A stretch of DNA of 64,000 nucleotides from an uncultured Candidatus Saccharibacteria bacterium (lineage in GTDB: Bacteria; Patescibacteriota; Dojkabacteria; J137), in the NCBI GenBank assembly GCA_965230975.1, contig OZ246402.1:928859-992858 (forward strand). The letters are read 5' to 3'. The notes beneath the pieces were generated by a model. That model was not told the origin of the DNA. It saw only the letters and a list, made by a program, of their open reading frames with translations, and did not search any database. Shown piece after piece: positions 10,077-20,375 of this stretch (the first letter of the stretch is position 1; each line of letters begins with the position of its first letter). Made by a program: the position numbers and the translations under genes.

Positions 10077-10979
10077 TTATGAGTATAGCCTCAGTATATT
10101 TGAAACAGAATGTTTTTTAACGGTATTAACCGGGTAATTATCTTTTAGAAGATTAATTCTTTTCAAGTAGCTACTACTTTCTGGATTTTTATACAAAACT
10201 CCTGTAGCAATATGTTTAGTCATATCCAAGGCAATTCTTTTGGCTCTTTCTAAATCTGTACCATCATAATTATCTAACTTTTTAACATCTTTTACACGCT
10301 CTAAATACCACTCATGTGTTGTTTCTTTATTATAAGTTGGGCATGATTGCAAAATATCTACATAAGCAAAACCTTTTTCTTGCGCAATTATTGCAGATTT
10401 TATAATTTCAGTTAACTGATGGATGTTTCCACTAAACCCTCTTGCAACAAAACTTGGGTTTAAAGACAATGCTAGTTCTACCGGGTTTAAAGTTTCTGCA
10501 GTCGGGCCAAGCGGACTGGAATTTCTTTTTGCCCCCTGTGGTGTAGTTGCGGACGCTTGGCCCGTGGTAAGACCATAGTTCCCATTATTATGAACTAAAA
10601 AGGTTATGGGGTAATTGTTTCTAATGCTATTTATAAAGTGGTTTATTCCTTCTGAATACGCAGCTCCATCTCCAGATATTGCAATAACCTTAACATTAGG
10701 ATTCGCAATTTTTGCACCTTCAGCCAAAGGCAAAACTCTGCCATGCAAGGAATGAATTCTGTAACCTTTAATCTTATCACTCATATTCCCATTACAACCA
10801 ATATCAAAACAGAGCAGTACTTCATGAGGAGCAATATCAAGTTCTACCAAAGCACGTTTTAACGAAGCCCAAATTGCATAATCTCCACAACCACTACACC
10901 ATGTTGGCTGAACCTGAGAATAGTAGTCCGATATTTTGACTCTACCTTTTTCTAAATTGTAATTTGGACTACAGCTCAT
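10077..10979 (-). CDS. korB: 2-oxoacid:ferredoxin/flavodoxin oxidoreductase beta subunit (TPP-binding)
   Basis: WCSGCGD, IGC, LHGR, GDG...NN TPP motif, YGLTTGQAS, SCPTYN. Confidence 0.92.
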   Translation of the reverse strand: MSCSPNYNLEKGRVKISDYYSQVQPTWCSGCGDYAIWASLKRALVELDIAPHEVLLCFDIGCNGNMSDKIKGYRIHSLHGRVLPLAEGAKIANPNVKVIAISGDGAAYSEGINHFINSIRNNYPITFLVHNNGNYGLTTGQASATTPQGAKRNSSPLGPTAETLNPVELALSLNPSFVARGFSGNIHQLTEIIKSAIIAQEKGFAYVDILQSCPTYNKETTHEWYLERVKDVKKLDNYDGTDLERAKRIALDMTKHIATGVLYKNPESSSYLKRINLLKDNYPVNTVKKHSVSNILRLYS

Positions 10980-10980
10980 A

Positions 10981-13212
10981 TTATATTTTTTGGGTTAAAG
11001 TTTTAAAAAATTCTTGATCCTCTTTGTAAGTTAATTTATTTAGTAATTCTTCATAGCTTACCCATTCCGCTTTTACTCTTTCTTCTTTAGGATTGAGTAG
11101 TTTTTCCGATGTTTCGAATAAAAACACCTCAATATTCTTAATTTTATTAGGATTATCTCCAGCTATTCTAGTTATAGTTCCCATACTTTTAATTAATCTA
11201 AGATCTTTAATACCTGTTTCCTCAAATATCTCTCTCTTAGCAGCTTCTAAATTAGTCTCTCCTTCTTCAACATGCCCCTTTGGAATTGTTACACTTGTAG
11301 AACTTTGACTTACTAGAATAAATTTACCCGCAGAATTTCTTACAAGTCCGCCTGCACTTTTGACCATAATCTTATCCGGACTAGTTAACTTAGATTTTAT
11401 TTGGTTTATCAAATCGTCTACAAAAAACGGTCTGCCGTCCCACTTCAAAATTTTATGTTTAATATTTAAACCCGTTTGCATTCTAATTAATTGAGCAAAT
11501 TGACCATTATGATTTGTTTCTATGATTATCGTATTTTCATCTACAAATTTTTCTAGTTCTTCTGTTTTTAAAGGCCAAATATATTTAAAGTGAAGGTTTT
11601 CTACACTAATATCTTCTTTTTCTAATTCCGACATTGCATCTTGCACAACTCCAAAATTGCTACCCCAAGATACAATCTTTATATTTTCTTTTCCATTTGC
11701 TTTGTTTTTATGAAATTCTGGTTTAGGTAATCTTGAAAGTAGTGTTTGCTCTTTTAATAATCTTTTTTGAATCATTTTAGATGCCATTTCAGCATCTTCT
11801 GTAACATTTCCCTCTTCATCATGTTCATCACTATTTGCATTAAAGTCTGCAGCTTTTGTACCAGGGAGCCATCTTTCAGATATGCCATCTTGTGTAAACT
11901 GATATCTATCAGAAGATAAAAGTTGAGACGCTTTATTGGTATCCAATATCAATTTACCTCTGGAAATTTGAATTTTATTTGTATCTAATTGAGGAACTTG
12001 ATAAATACTTTCAGCTACTAACTTATCTGTCAAAACAACTACTGGAATTTGGTATTCATCTGCAATGTTCATTGCCTCTTGAATCGCATAAAATGAATCT
12101 TGTGCATCTTTTACTGCAATTACACACCTGCTAAATTCTCCATGTCCTGAAAAAATGGATAGCATTAAATCGCCTTGAGTTGTCCAAGTAGGTAATCCTG
12201 TTGCAGGCCCAGGTCTTTGACCTAAAACAACTACAAATGGGACTTCTATCATGGCAGATAAACTTAAATGTTCTGTCATTAAATCAAAACCACCGCCCGA
12301 AGTTGCTGTTAAAGCTCGAGTTCCCATATGCATTGACCCTATTGCCATTGCAGCTGCTGTTATTTCATCTTCTGCCTGTTTTACTATAATTCCACTTTCT
12401 GGTGCATATTCTGACAAAACTGTCATTATAGAACTGGTTGGAGTCATTGGGTAAGAGTAAAAAATTCTTACTCCACTATTAATTGCTCCTAATGATATGG
12501 ATTCGTTTCCGGACATCAAGTAAGAATCGGTTTGGTGATAATGTGATGCAAACTTTATCATTTTCAAGTTGGCAAAATTTGAATAGTGTAGTTCAACCTT
12601 TTGTTCATCACTAACTTCAAGTGGTTTTAAAACTCTACGTGTTAAAGGCAAATTTAAATTGTACTTGTATTCAAATCCGATATTTGCGCAACTTAAATCT
12701 ATTTCCAATAATTTTGGCTTATCTTTAAAAGTATCTTTAACAATTTCGATTAGTTTTTTGTGTTCAAGCCCTAGCAAATTCCAAATTGAACCTAATAGAA
12801 CCATGTTAGCCGTTAGCTCGTTACCACCTTGTTCTTTGGATAATTGAAACCCCGGTATGTAAATTAATTTTGTATTTAAGTTTTTGAGTGATTGGTATTC
12901 AGAATCATTTATTCTTGGATTATCTATATCATGAATAATGTAGCTGTTAGGGTTAAGTTCATCTTGATGCCACTGTGTGCCTTGTTTATTTAAGACTACA
13001 AGCAGGTCTATTTTTTTGGTAGAAGATAGTACGGGACTATTTGAAATATCTATTTGATAGGTTGAATGACCTCCCTGAATCAAAGATGGATATTCTCTAT
13101 ACCCAAAAACATAATACCCGCTTCTTTTTAAGCCCTTGGCTAGCATTTCTCCAAGGACGTTTACCCCTTGCCCAGATCTACCTACTATTTTTAGTGAAAA
13201 TCGATTATGCAT
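10981..13212 (-). CDS. korA: 2-oxoacid oxidoreductase alpha(gamma) subunit fused to a C-terminal NUDIX hydrolase
   Basis: GRSGQG, YPMTP, QAEDEI, ATSGGG, QRPGPATGLPT; then Nudix box GHVEEGETNLEAAKREIFEETGI. Confidence 0.92.
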   Translation of the reverse strand: MHNRFSLKIVGRSGQGVNVLGEMLAKGLKRSGYYVFGYREYPSLIQGGHSTYQIDISNSPVLSSTKKIDLLVVLNKQGTQWHQDELNPNSYIIHDIDNPRINDSEYQSLKNLNTKLIYIPGFQLSKEQGGNELTANMVLLGSIWNLLGLEHKKLIEIVKDTFKDKPKLLEIDLSCANIGFEYKYNLNLPLTRRVLKPLEVSDEQKVELHYSNFANLKMIKFASHYHQTDSYLMSGNESISLGAINSGVRIFYSYPMTPTSSIMTVLSEYAPESGIIVKQAEDEITAAAMAIGSMHMGTRALTATSGGGFDLMTEHLSLSAMIEVPFVVVLGQRPGPATGLPTWTTQGDLMLSIFSGHGEFSRCVIAVKDAQDSFYAIQEAMNIADEYQIPVVVLTDKLVAESIYQVPQLDTNKIQISRGKLILDTNKASQLLSSDRYQFTQDGISERWLPGTKAADFNANSDEHDEEGNVTEDAEMASKMIQKRLLKEQTLLSRLPKPEFHKNKANGKENIKIVSWGSNFGVVQDAMSELEKEDISVENLHFKYIWPLKTEELEKFVDENTIIIETNHNGQFAQLIRMQTGLNIKHKILKWDGRPFFVDDLINQIKSKLTSPDKIMVKSAGGLVRNSAGKFILVSQSSTSVTIPKGHVEEGETNLEAAKREIFEETGIKDLRLIKSMGTITRIAGDNPNKIKNIEVFLFETSEKLLNPKEERVKAEWVSYEELLNKLTYKEDQEFFKTLTQKI

Positions 13213-13326
13213 TAACTATATTGACAATACTAAACTTAAAAACATTTAAAACTAGATCTGCGAAAAACGATGTGACATAACAAGGATATCAAAAGTAATT
13301 ATCTATAGGAAGCAGTATTATTTTAA

Positions 13327-14061
13327 CTAAATTGAATTATTTAAACCAAATCTTCTGGTTAAAATGTTTCTTAGCTTAAATATTAGAATTATCTTTTGTT
13401 TAATGTTTAAAAGCGGCAAGCCTAGAGATATTTGTTCGTGAATTATATTATTAGCATATCGGTTTAAAGTACTTACAAAATTACTGAGCTCTTGTTTAGG
13501 AGCCATTTTCATTTCTGTTCTTCGAGCAAAGTCTTCCAAAACTTCTCTAAAAGCAGAGTTAGTGATATCAATATTAAGAACCTCACCTCTTGATTGACGG
13601 TCAGATATGTAACCTTCATAGGTTATATTATCTTTAATTATATTTATTGGGTTTGCATTTATAGGTACATCAAACTGCTGAAATCTTTGATTAAAGTAAC
13701 CAATTAGCATTCTTTGAAATTGAAAGTATTTTGGATTTACCCCAATAAAGTCTACGAAAGTAAGTGCATCTTCCAAATCAACACCTGATAATTCCTCTAA
13801 TAGCTCTGAATAAACACTAAATGAATTACTTGGAAGAGCATACATTAATGCAGTATTTCTAGAATCTACATAAGCTCCAAAAGTTTTTTCTTTAGATTCT
13901 GTTGCTACATAAGAGTCTGTATCTCTTAGCAAATTTGCTAATTGGTTTGAACTAATTGACCAAACACCTTCCATGTCAAAAGAATCTTCTAGTTCTGCAA
14001 CTATGTTATTAACAAACGAAGTCGTGTCATTAGGATCACTTGGAGGTATGTTCCAGCTCAT
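13327..14061 (-). CDS. hypothetical protein (orphan)
   Basis: 244-aa ORF with Pro/Asp-rich N-terminus. Confidence 0.7.
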   Translation of the reverse strand: MSWNIPPSDPNDTTSFVNNIVAELEDSFDMEGVWSISSNQLANLLRDTDSYVATESKEKTFGAYVDSRNTALMYALPSNSFSVYSELLEELSGVDLEDALTFVDFIGVNPKYFQFQRMLIGYFNQRFQQFDVPINANPINIIKDNITYEGYISDRQSRGEVLNIDITNSAFREVLEDFARRTEMKMAPKQELSNFVSTLNRYANNIIHEQISLGLPLLNIKQKIILIFKLRNILTRRFGLNNSI

Positions 14062-14144
14062 TGAAAAAGTATAATTTTTAAAACATATTTCGTGTTAGAA
14101 TATCCGCACTTAACACAAAACCTTAGATATTATCATATTTTCGC

Positions 14145-15674
14145 ATGGCAAAAGCTAAAAAAGTAATTTTAACAATTATGGATGGATGGGGCCTAGCAGC
14201 ACCGGACAAATTTAACGCAATCGATAATGCAAAAACACCAAACTTTGACAAATTAATATCAGAATACCCAAATACAAGACTAAAATCAGATGGAGAAGCA
14301 GTTGGCTTGCCAGAAGGACAATTTGGTACATCAGAAGTTAACCACATGACAATAGGTGCAGGTAGAGTAATATTTCAAGACTTACCAAAGATTAGTAGAG
14401 CCATAACAGATGGAAGTTTTTATACTAATCAAACTCTAGTTGAATCTGTAGATCATGCAATTAAAAATAAAGGCAACTTTCATGTAGTTGGGATTTTAAG
14501 TGATGGAGGAATTCACACAACAACAGAGCATATTTTCGCACTCCTAGAGTTATTAAATAAAACTAAATTCCAAAACAATATCTACTTTCACGTATTCACA
14601 GATGGAAGAGATGCACCTCCAAAGTCAGCAGGTAAGTATTTAGCTGAATTAGATGAAAAGATAAAAGAATATTCTGATTTGAAAATCTCTATAGCAACAA
14701 TTCAAGGTAGATTTTATTTAGATAGGGATAGAGATTGGGCAAAAACAGAGAAAGCTTTTGATTTAATGGCAAATGGCAAAGGTAAAAAATTTAGTAACTG
14801 GCAAGCAGTAGTAAACTACGAATACAACCATAATCAAACAGACGAATTTTTTGACCACTATGTTTTAAACGAAGAAGGCAAAATCAAAGCAAATGACACT
14901 GTTATATTTACTCATTACCGAACAGATAGACTGTATCAAATTGTAACTAGACTCATTAAAGAACAGTTAAGTAATTTAAGGGTTGTAACTTTCATTAATG
15001 TGTCAGAAGAACTAAGCGATGTAAAAATAGCGTTTCCAAGAGAAAAGATTGTAAATACTTTGGCGGATGTACTTTCTGCAGAAGAGAAAACGCAACTACA
15101 TATTACTGAAACAGAGAAATTTGCACACCTAACATTCTTTTTAAATGGTGAAAAAGAAAAAGAATTACCAATGGAAACTTGGGAGATGTTGCAATCCAAT
15201 AGATATGTAAAGCCATTTTACAACTTTGAACCAAGCATGAGGAATTTTGACATTACTTCAAAAGTTGTAGAGGCTATTAATTCAGATAAATATGATTTTA
15301 TTATTTTGAATCTTTCCAGCCCAGATATGGTTGGACATACAGGTAACTACGAAGCTGCAATTATTTCTGCCGAGTCTGTAGATTACTGTTTGGGTAAGAT
15401 TAACGAGGCTGTTCAAGCAAAAATCGATGACTATGCTTGGATTATTACCGCAGATCATGGTAATTCTGACATTATGTGGGATTATGAGAATAACCAACCC
15501 CATACTCAACATACAACATCTCAAGTTCCATTTATTTTAGTGTCGAATTTAGATGTAACGTTACACAGAAGAGACACATTAGCAGATGTAGCCCCAACAG
15601 TATTAGACTTAATGCAAATTGAAAAGCCACTAGAAATGAGTGGTGAATCTTTAGTAATTAAAAATATAGCTTAG
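14145..15674 (+). CDS. gpmI: 2,3-bisphosphoglycerate-independent phosphoglycerate mutase (copy 1)
   Basis: MDGWG, GTSEVNH, TDGRD, ETEKFAH, PDMVGHTG, TADHGN. Confidence 0.96.
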   Translation: MAKAKKVILTIMDGWGLAAPDKFNAIDNAKTPNFDKLISEYPNTRLKSDGEAVGLPEGQFGTSEVNHMTIGAGRVIFQDLPKISRAITDGSFYTNQTLVESVDHAIKNKGNFHVVGILSDGGIHTTTEHIFALLELLNKTKFQNNIYFHVFTDGRDAPPKSAGKYLAELDEKIKEYSDLKISIATIQGRFYLDRDRDWAKTEKAFDLMANGKGKKFSNWQAVVNYEYNHNQTDEFFDHYVLNEEGKIKANDTVIFTHYRTDRLYQIVTRLIKEQLSNLRVVTFINVSEELSDVKIAFPREKIVNTLADVLSAEEKTQLHITETEKFAHLTFFLNGEKEKELPMETWEMLQSNRYVKPFYNFEPSMRNFDITSKVVEAINSDKYDFIILNLSSPDMVGHTGNYEAAIISAESVDYCLGKINEAVQAKIDDYAWIITADHGNSDIMWDYENNQPHTQHTTSQVPFILVSNLDVTLHRRDTLADVAPTVLDLMQIEKPLEMSGESLVIKNIA

Positions 15675-16180
15675 TGTATTTTTAAACTTATTACAAAGTT
15701 ACTTTGTAAGTAATAATTGACTTCAACTTTTGCACCTTCTGCAATATTGTCGTACATCTCTGCACTTACGTCATACTTTTGATTATCTTCTGAATGAATG
15801 TAGTAAGTAGCAGACTCTTTCTTATTAAAAATATCGTATCTTGCTTTACTAAATACTATACTTTTTTCTTTAACCAAAAAATTTATAGTCTTAATCTCTT
15901 GATTTAATTTACCTGAGTATTGATTTACTGATTTATTAAAACTATACGCAAAAAAAGCTATAGCAAAAAATATTAATGAAAGTACAATACAACAAATTAG
16001 CAGAAACATCAGTAATGCAACATTCGCAGAGTATGAGTTACTTAAAGATAAAAACAACTGGCCAAGTGTTATAAATCCTCCACAAAAAACTCCTATGGGG
16101 ATAAATATTAGATAAACCCAAAACATCACATGATTTCTAATTCTTTCATTATAGTAATTTCTATAGAATGTTTTTTGCAT
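15671..16180 (-). CDS. hypothetical membrane protein (2 TM plus small beta domain)
   Basis: 169-aa ORF with two TM segments. Confidence 0.7.
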   Translation of the reverse strand: MQKTFYRNYYNERIRNHVMFWVYLIFIPIGVFCGGFITLGQLFLSLSNSYSANVALLMFLLICCIVLSLIFFAIAFFAYSFNKSVNQYSGKLNQEIKTINFLVKEKSIVFSKARYDIFNKKESATYYIHSEDNQKYDVSAEMYDNIAEGAKVEVNYYLQSNFVISLKIH

Positions 16181-16181
16181 A

Positions 16182-16559
16182 TTATTTGTTGTAATGGCTT
16201 TTAAAACTATTGTAGAAAGCTAAGATCAAGGAGTATGCTGACCCAATAAATAGGAAAGCTATTAATGCTAATCCAAAATAATTCTGTTGAGTTAAGAATG
16301 TTATAAATAAAATTGTTAACACGCTAAATATTACGAATATGCTTATAAACATTACTAAAAAAAATATAATGGCTTTTATATCACCTTTTAGTGCTTGAGA
16401 TATAATAATGTAGATATCTCCTTCACCTTCTAATCGATACTGCACAGATTTCCCGGTAAAAAAGTTTAGTTTTAAAGGTCTTTTTACAGAGAAAGTTCCT
16501 TCATAGGTGGCTTTTGTGAATTCCATTTTGATATTCTCAGTATTTTCTATGTCTTGCAT
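16182..16559 (-). CDS. hypothetical membrane protein
   Basis: two C-terminal TM segments; TATAAT 6 nt before the ATG. Confidence 0.7.
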   Translation of the reverse strand: MQDIENTENIKMEFTKATYEGTFSVKRPLKLNFFTGKSVQYRLEGEGDIYIIISQALKGDIKAIIFFLVMFISIFVIFSVLTILFITFLTQQNYFGLALIAFLFIGSAYSLILAFYNSFKSHYNK

Positions 16560-16683
16560 AAAGGAATTATACTAGTTTTTAAATATATGTGTAAGTATGT
16601 AAGTTTCTCGAACTATTTACTTGCATGACTTTAAACACAATTTTGGAGATGTTATAATTCGAAATATTCTTTTTCTTAATACT

Positions 16684-17592
16684 ATGAGTAGCACTCCTGA
16701 TATACCACGAGATCCAATGACTGATACTGAACAAGCAGGTAGTCAAGCACCTTTGACAGAGTTTTCTTCAGATGTTTTTGACCAACTAAATTACACTGAT
16801 TTTGTAACAAGTATTAGTAAATTATTTAAGAGAGTTTTTCCAACTAAACCTGATGACGAAATACAGGTGATCTCAAATGAATGGCTAGATAAATTTAGAA
16901 CTACTAAAACAAAAGATGGGAAATTTGATGTATTTACTTCATTAGGACTATTGTTAGGATATATTTACGAAAATTCAAGTCTTTCTAGTAAACCAAGCCC
17001 TAAAGCTCATGATGCAGTATTTATAAGACAGGTTAATGAAAGTGCAGCCAGAATGACTGTAAGTGAGTCTTTTCAATTTACAATGCTTTGTATAGGAATG
17101 CTACCAAATATATACCCATCTACTACCACAGATGAAAAAATTATTTCTAAAGCTTTAACACTTACTGGATTAATTGGAACAACTACATTATTCAGTGTAG
17201 GTATTTTAGGAGAAGTTCTCTCTAATATTGGAGATAGAGTATCAGAAGCACAAACTGAAGCTACACAAGCTTTAGAAAGCCAAAAACAAAGAGTAGAAAG
17301 CATGGTAAGAGATGCATTAAAAACTTTTAATACAATAATTAACGAAGTTTATTCGCTTAATTTAAAGCAACAACCTCAAGGAGTAGAAACAGCAATTGAA
17401 TTTTTAAGAAATGCAACAAATCAAATCAACCAAATTAACGCTAAAAACTATACTGATATTGCAAAACTCAAATCCGATTATCTAAATATTTTGTCCAAAC
17501 TACCTGAACGCCTTTCTAGCGATTACAAAGTTCAAGGGCTCAATCAAAGATGGAAATCCCAAATTGCTTCCATAAGCAAGGCTTTGATTTAA
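16684..17592 (+). CDS. hypothetical protein (orphan)
   Basis: likely start MSSTPD; hydrophobic hairpin followed by a coiled-coil-like region. Confidence 0.7.
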   Translation: MSSTPDIPRDPMTDTEQAGSQAPLTEFSSDVFDQLNYTDFVTSISKLFKRVFPTKPDDEIQVISNEWLDKFRTTKTKDGKFDVFTSLGLLLGYIYENSSLSSKPSPKAHDAVFIRQVNESAARMTVSESFQFTMLCIGMLPNIYPSTTTDEKIISKALTLTGLIGTTTLFSVGILGEVLSNIGDRVSEAQTEATQALESQKQRVESMVRDALKTFNTIINEVYSLNLKQQPQGVETAIEFLRNATNQINQINAKNYTDIAKLKSDYLNILSKLPERLSSDYKVQGLNQRWKSQIASISKALI

Positions 17593-17809
17593 ATTAGGAA
17601 TTATTATTTTAATCTTTTTAGTTAACATCTATTTCTTAGATGCAACAATATCCCCATTGCATTTAAACCTCCTTAGAGCTAGGATACGCCGTCTGTAATC
17701 CAGAGATTTAAATCCTACGCCATATTAGCTTCTAGCGGTCTCTCTACATTTAATCTCCGAGTGAAATTTATTGAAATATGGTTTAATATATAAACATTTA
17801 GAAAAATCT

Positions 17810-18961
17810 ATGAGTGATATTATTAGTTCCGATTTGGAGACTGCAATCTCCATTAACGACCACAATCAAGCTGAATCTATCGATTTTGATAAATTCACCT
17901 TACCGATCAATAACTTGCTAATATCAAGCCCTAATAGAGATTCAGTAACTCATCCAATTCCGGACAGTTTAGATAATGATATGCAAGCAGAATTGGTAGA
18001 TAAGCTTCTGATTAAAGAACTATTAAAATTTTTTAAACAAGCAAAGGAGAATGCAAATGCTTTTAATGGAATTAAACGTAATGCAGATGGGAAATATACA
18101 ACAAATAGAGACTTTTATGGTTATCAAGAACTTTATATGCCAACTGAAAACTCTGTTTTTACAGATGAAAAGCTTAAAACTAAACAAGAAGAAACAGCTG
18201 GTTTAGTTGAAGTCATACAAAATATTGAGCATCAGTTTTACATAATTGATCTTGTGGCATACAAGCAGGCTATCGACAAAATTGCACAAGCAATTATTTC
18301 TGACTTAGAAACTGGGAAAAATGTGGCAATATACGTGAATGCAAATGCGGGATTAGCAGATTTAAACAGCCACAGTTATGTTTCTTATTTAGTTTATCAA
18401 AAGATATTAGGATTATTACAACAAATGGGTAAATCTGAATTAGCAAATAGACTAAAAGTTACTAATGTACCCGGTAACTATCAATCGATATTTGTATTAG
18501 ATGACTTTGTAATAAGTGGCAGAAAAATAGCGGAATTATATGACTCTGCAAAAGAACGTATGGGTGATAATGATATTAAAGTAATGACAATTGCCTCGAA
18601 AGGAGTTCAAAATGTATCCCAAACCAATGTAATTGTTAACAGTGTATACACTTTTCCTTCTGGAGCTTTTTTTACATCTACGACATCTGATTGTGATTAC
18701 ACAGTATCTGGAAATACAGATATTCAAAACATGGTTGATTCTGTTGAATCTATTCCAGAATTATATGTTAGACATTTAAATAGAAGTAACAACGATACAA
18801 TTATTGATAATATTCCTCTAGTAAAGAATGCTCCTGCTATTCCAAAAGTTATGCGTATAGATAAAGCGCAAATTAAACCTTACAGAACAAATAAAGTAGT
18901 GATACAAAGATTACGTCAATTTTATAGTACTAGATTAAGAGATTATTCCGCTCAGAACTAG
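17810..18961 (+). CDS. hypothetical protein with PRTase-like motif
   Basis: IFVLDDFVISGRKI resembles the type I PRTase PRPP-binding loop; likely start MSDIISS. Confidence 0.6.
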   Translation: MSDIISSDLETAISINDHNQAESIDFDKFTLPINNLLISSPNRDSVTHPIPDSLDNDMQAELVDKLLIKELLKFFKQAKENANAFNGIKRNADGKYTTNRDFYGYQELYMPTENSVFTDEKLKTKQEETAGLVEVIQNIEHQFYIIDLVAYKQAIDKIAQAIISDLETGKNVAIYVNANAGLADLNSHSYVSYLVYQKILGLLQQMGKSELANRLKVTNVPGNYQSIFVLDDFVISGRKIAELYDSAKERMGDNDIKVMTIASKGVQNVSQTNVIVNSVYTFPSGAFFTSTTSDCDYTVSGNTDIQNMVDSVESIPELYVRHLNRSNNDTIIDNIPLVKNAPAIPKVMRIDKAQIKPYRTNKVVIQRLRQFYSTRLRDYSAQN

Positions 18962-18963
18962 TA

Positions 18964-19362
18964 TCACCCTTCGCTAAACAACCTCTCAACCTCACTAATC
19001 ACCTTGGCATAGTGTTCTTTATCCTCGGGGAAGGCTTTGCTTAGTATGTGAAAATGACCATTGTCCTCAATTAACCAAGTATCATTACCAATCTTTAAAT
19101 ACCTAATTTCTAATTTGTTTTCCATAACGTATCGAAGCATTATATAAACTCCTATAGCATGTACATAATAACCATCACTACGAATAATCATTACCTCGTT
19201 ATACGGGTCTTCTTCTGTCCCAGAACCAACAGCATTTACACTAAACCCGTGTATTGGGTCTGTGTAACGTTGATATCTTTTTTCCATCTCATAACCATGT
19301 GATCCAATTGGAAATAAATCGGGAGAACCACTATAAGATCTTTGTATACTATTATCTGGCAT
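18964..19362 (-). CDS. hypothetical protein (orphan)
   Basis: 132-aa ORF. Confidence 0.65.
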   Translation of the reverse strand: MPDNSIQRSYSGSPDLFPIGSHGYEMEKRYQRYTDPIHGFSVNAVGSGTEEDPYNEVMIIRSDGYYVHAIGVYIMLRYVMENKLEIRYLKIGNDTWLIEDNGHFHILSKAFPEDKEHYAKVISEVERLFSEG

Positions 19363-19469
19363 ATAACTTTAATATTTTAAATTAGTGTGTCTTCAATATT
19401 AGCATACAATAGCCAAATACAGGATTTTATTAAGTTACTATTTATTGTCATCATGATATAATCTTTATT

Positions 19470-20171
19470 ATGAACAATTTAGATTTTGCTTGGAACCAAC
19501 CACAAGACAATATTTTAATAGAAAGATTTCATACTTTTTTTGAGGTTAAACCCGAATACCAACATTTAATAACGGATAGTGCGATAGTGGAAACTTTCCA
19601 TAACATTTATCAGGAATTTGAAGAATCAGAATACAGCGTTCAGTGGTTCATCGATATGGCAAAAAGAATTAGAAATACTACTGTAAGAGAGGAAAGAGAT
19701 CACTTAATAAAAGAATTTAAAAATGCAAGAGATCAGTTTCTTTTTAGTTTACCAATTCTAGATTTTATTGAAGAGCTTTATCAACCTTTATTAAAATCAC
19801 TTAGGAATAGAAGGCTCCACTTGGAAGATGCCATACGATTTAAAGGAGATGAAGCAGGGATAATGCGATTTGAAGATCATCATATACTTTACTTTCTAAC
19901 ACCAAACTTAGCAGGGTTAGTAGATTCTGCTGCAGCCGAAATCGGATTAGAAAAGGATGAGATTAATAATAATATGAGTGCTACAGAAATTATTGAATAC
20001 CTCAAATATTTTAAAAATACCCAAGGTGTTGTAAAGCATAACCCGCACTACAACCTTTTTGATGATTTAGTTGCAGATGAACAAAACACTGCAATGATGG
20101 AAGGTTTTGCACAAGAATATCACCAAACAATAGACGTAATAAGCCCTGATTTTTCAATAGCCGAATCTTAA
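19470..20171 (+). CDS. hypothetical protein (orphan), probably leaderless
   Basis: 233 aa; TGaTATAAT ends 7 nt before the ATG. Confidence 0.7.
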   Translation: MNNLDFAWNQPQDNILIERFHTFFEVKPEYQHLITDSAIVETFHNIYQEFEESEYSVQWFIDMAKRIRNTTVREERDHLIKEFKNARDQFLFSLPILDFIEELYQPLLKSLRNRRLHLEDAIRFKGDEAGIMRFEDHHILYFLTPNLAGLVDSAAAEIGLEKDEINNNMSATEIIEYLKYFKNTQGVVKHNPHYNLFDDLVADEQNTAMMEGFAQEYHQTIDVISPDFSIAES

Positions 20172-20186
20172 GCCCGCCTCACTCAA

Positions 20187-20215
20187 TTGATTTTAAACCC
20201 TTTCAGAGTTACAAT
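20187..20215 (+). promoter_or_regulatory. sigma70-type promoter for pflB
   Basis: TTGATT-17 nt-TACAAT. Confidence 0.55.
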
Positions 20216-20375
20216 ATTCGGGTCACAGCCGACCCACCAACGAGATTCAAAATTGGCAACAATTTTAGTCAATTGTCCCGCTAAGAGCCGACTCCCTAAT
20301 TTTTTAGTATTATATATCTGAACATAGATTTTCTATTAACCAGATTTAACTATCAATATTTTTTAAATACTTTTT

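Noticed and set aside
3899-13278. TGTCAC/GTGACA hexamers upstream of gap, pgk and the oxidoreductase
   Set aside because: Too short and inconsistently spaced to separate from chance without statistics.
17640-17760. Slightly GC-richer stretch with gctag...ctagc and tacgcc twice as a possible ncRNA
   Set aside because: No recognisable RNA family and only weak pairing.
20220-20304. Canonical ZTP (pfl) riboswitch
   Set aside because: Core GACUGGCG and CGCCUGGGC elements are missing; kept only as a candidate novel leader.
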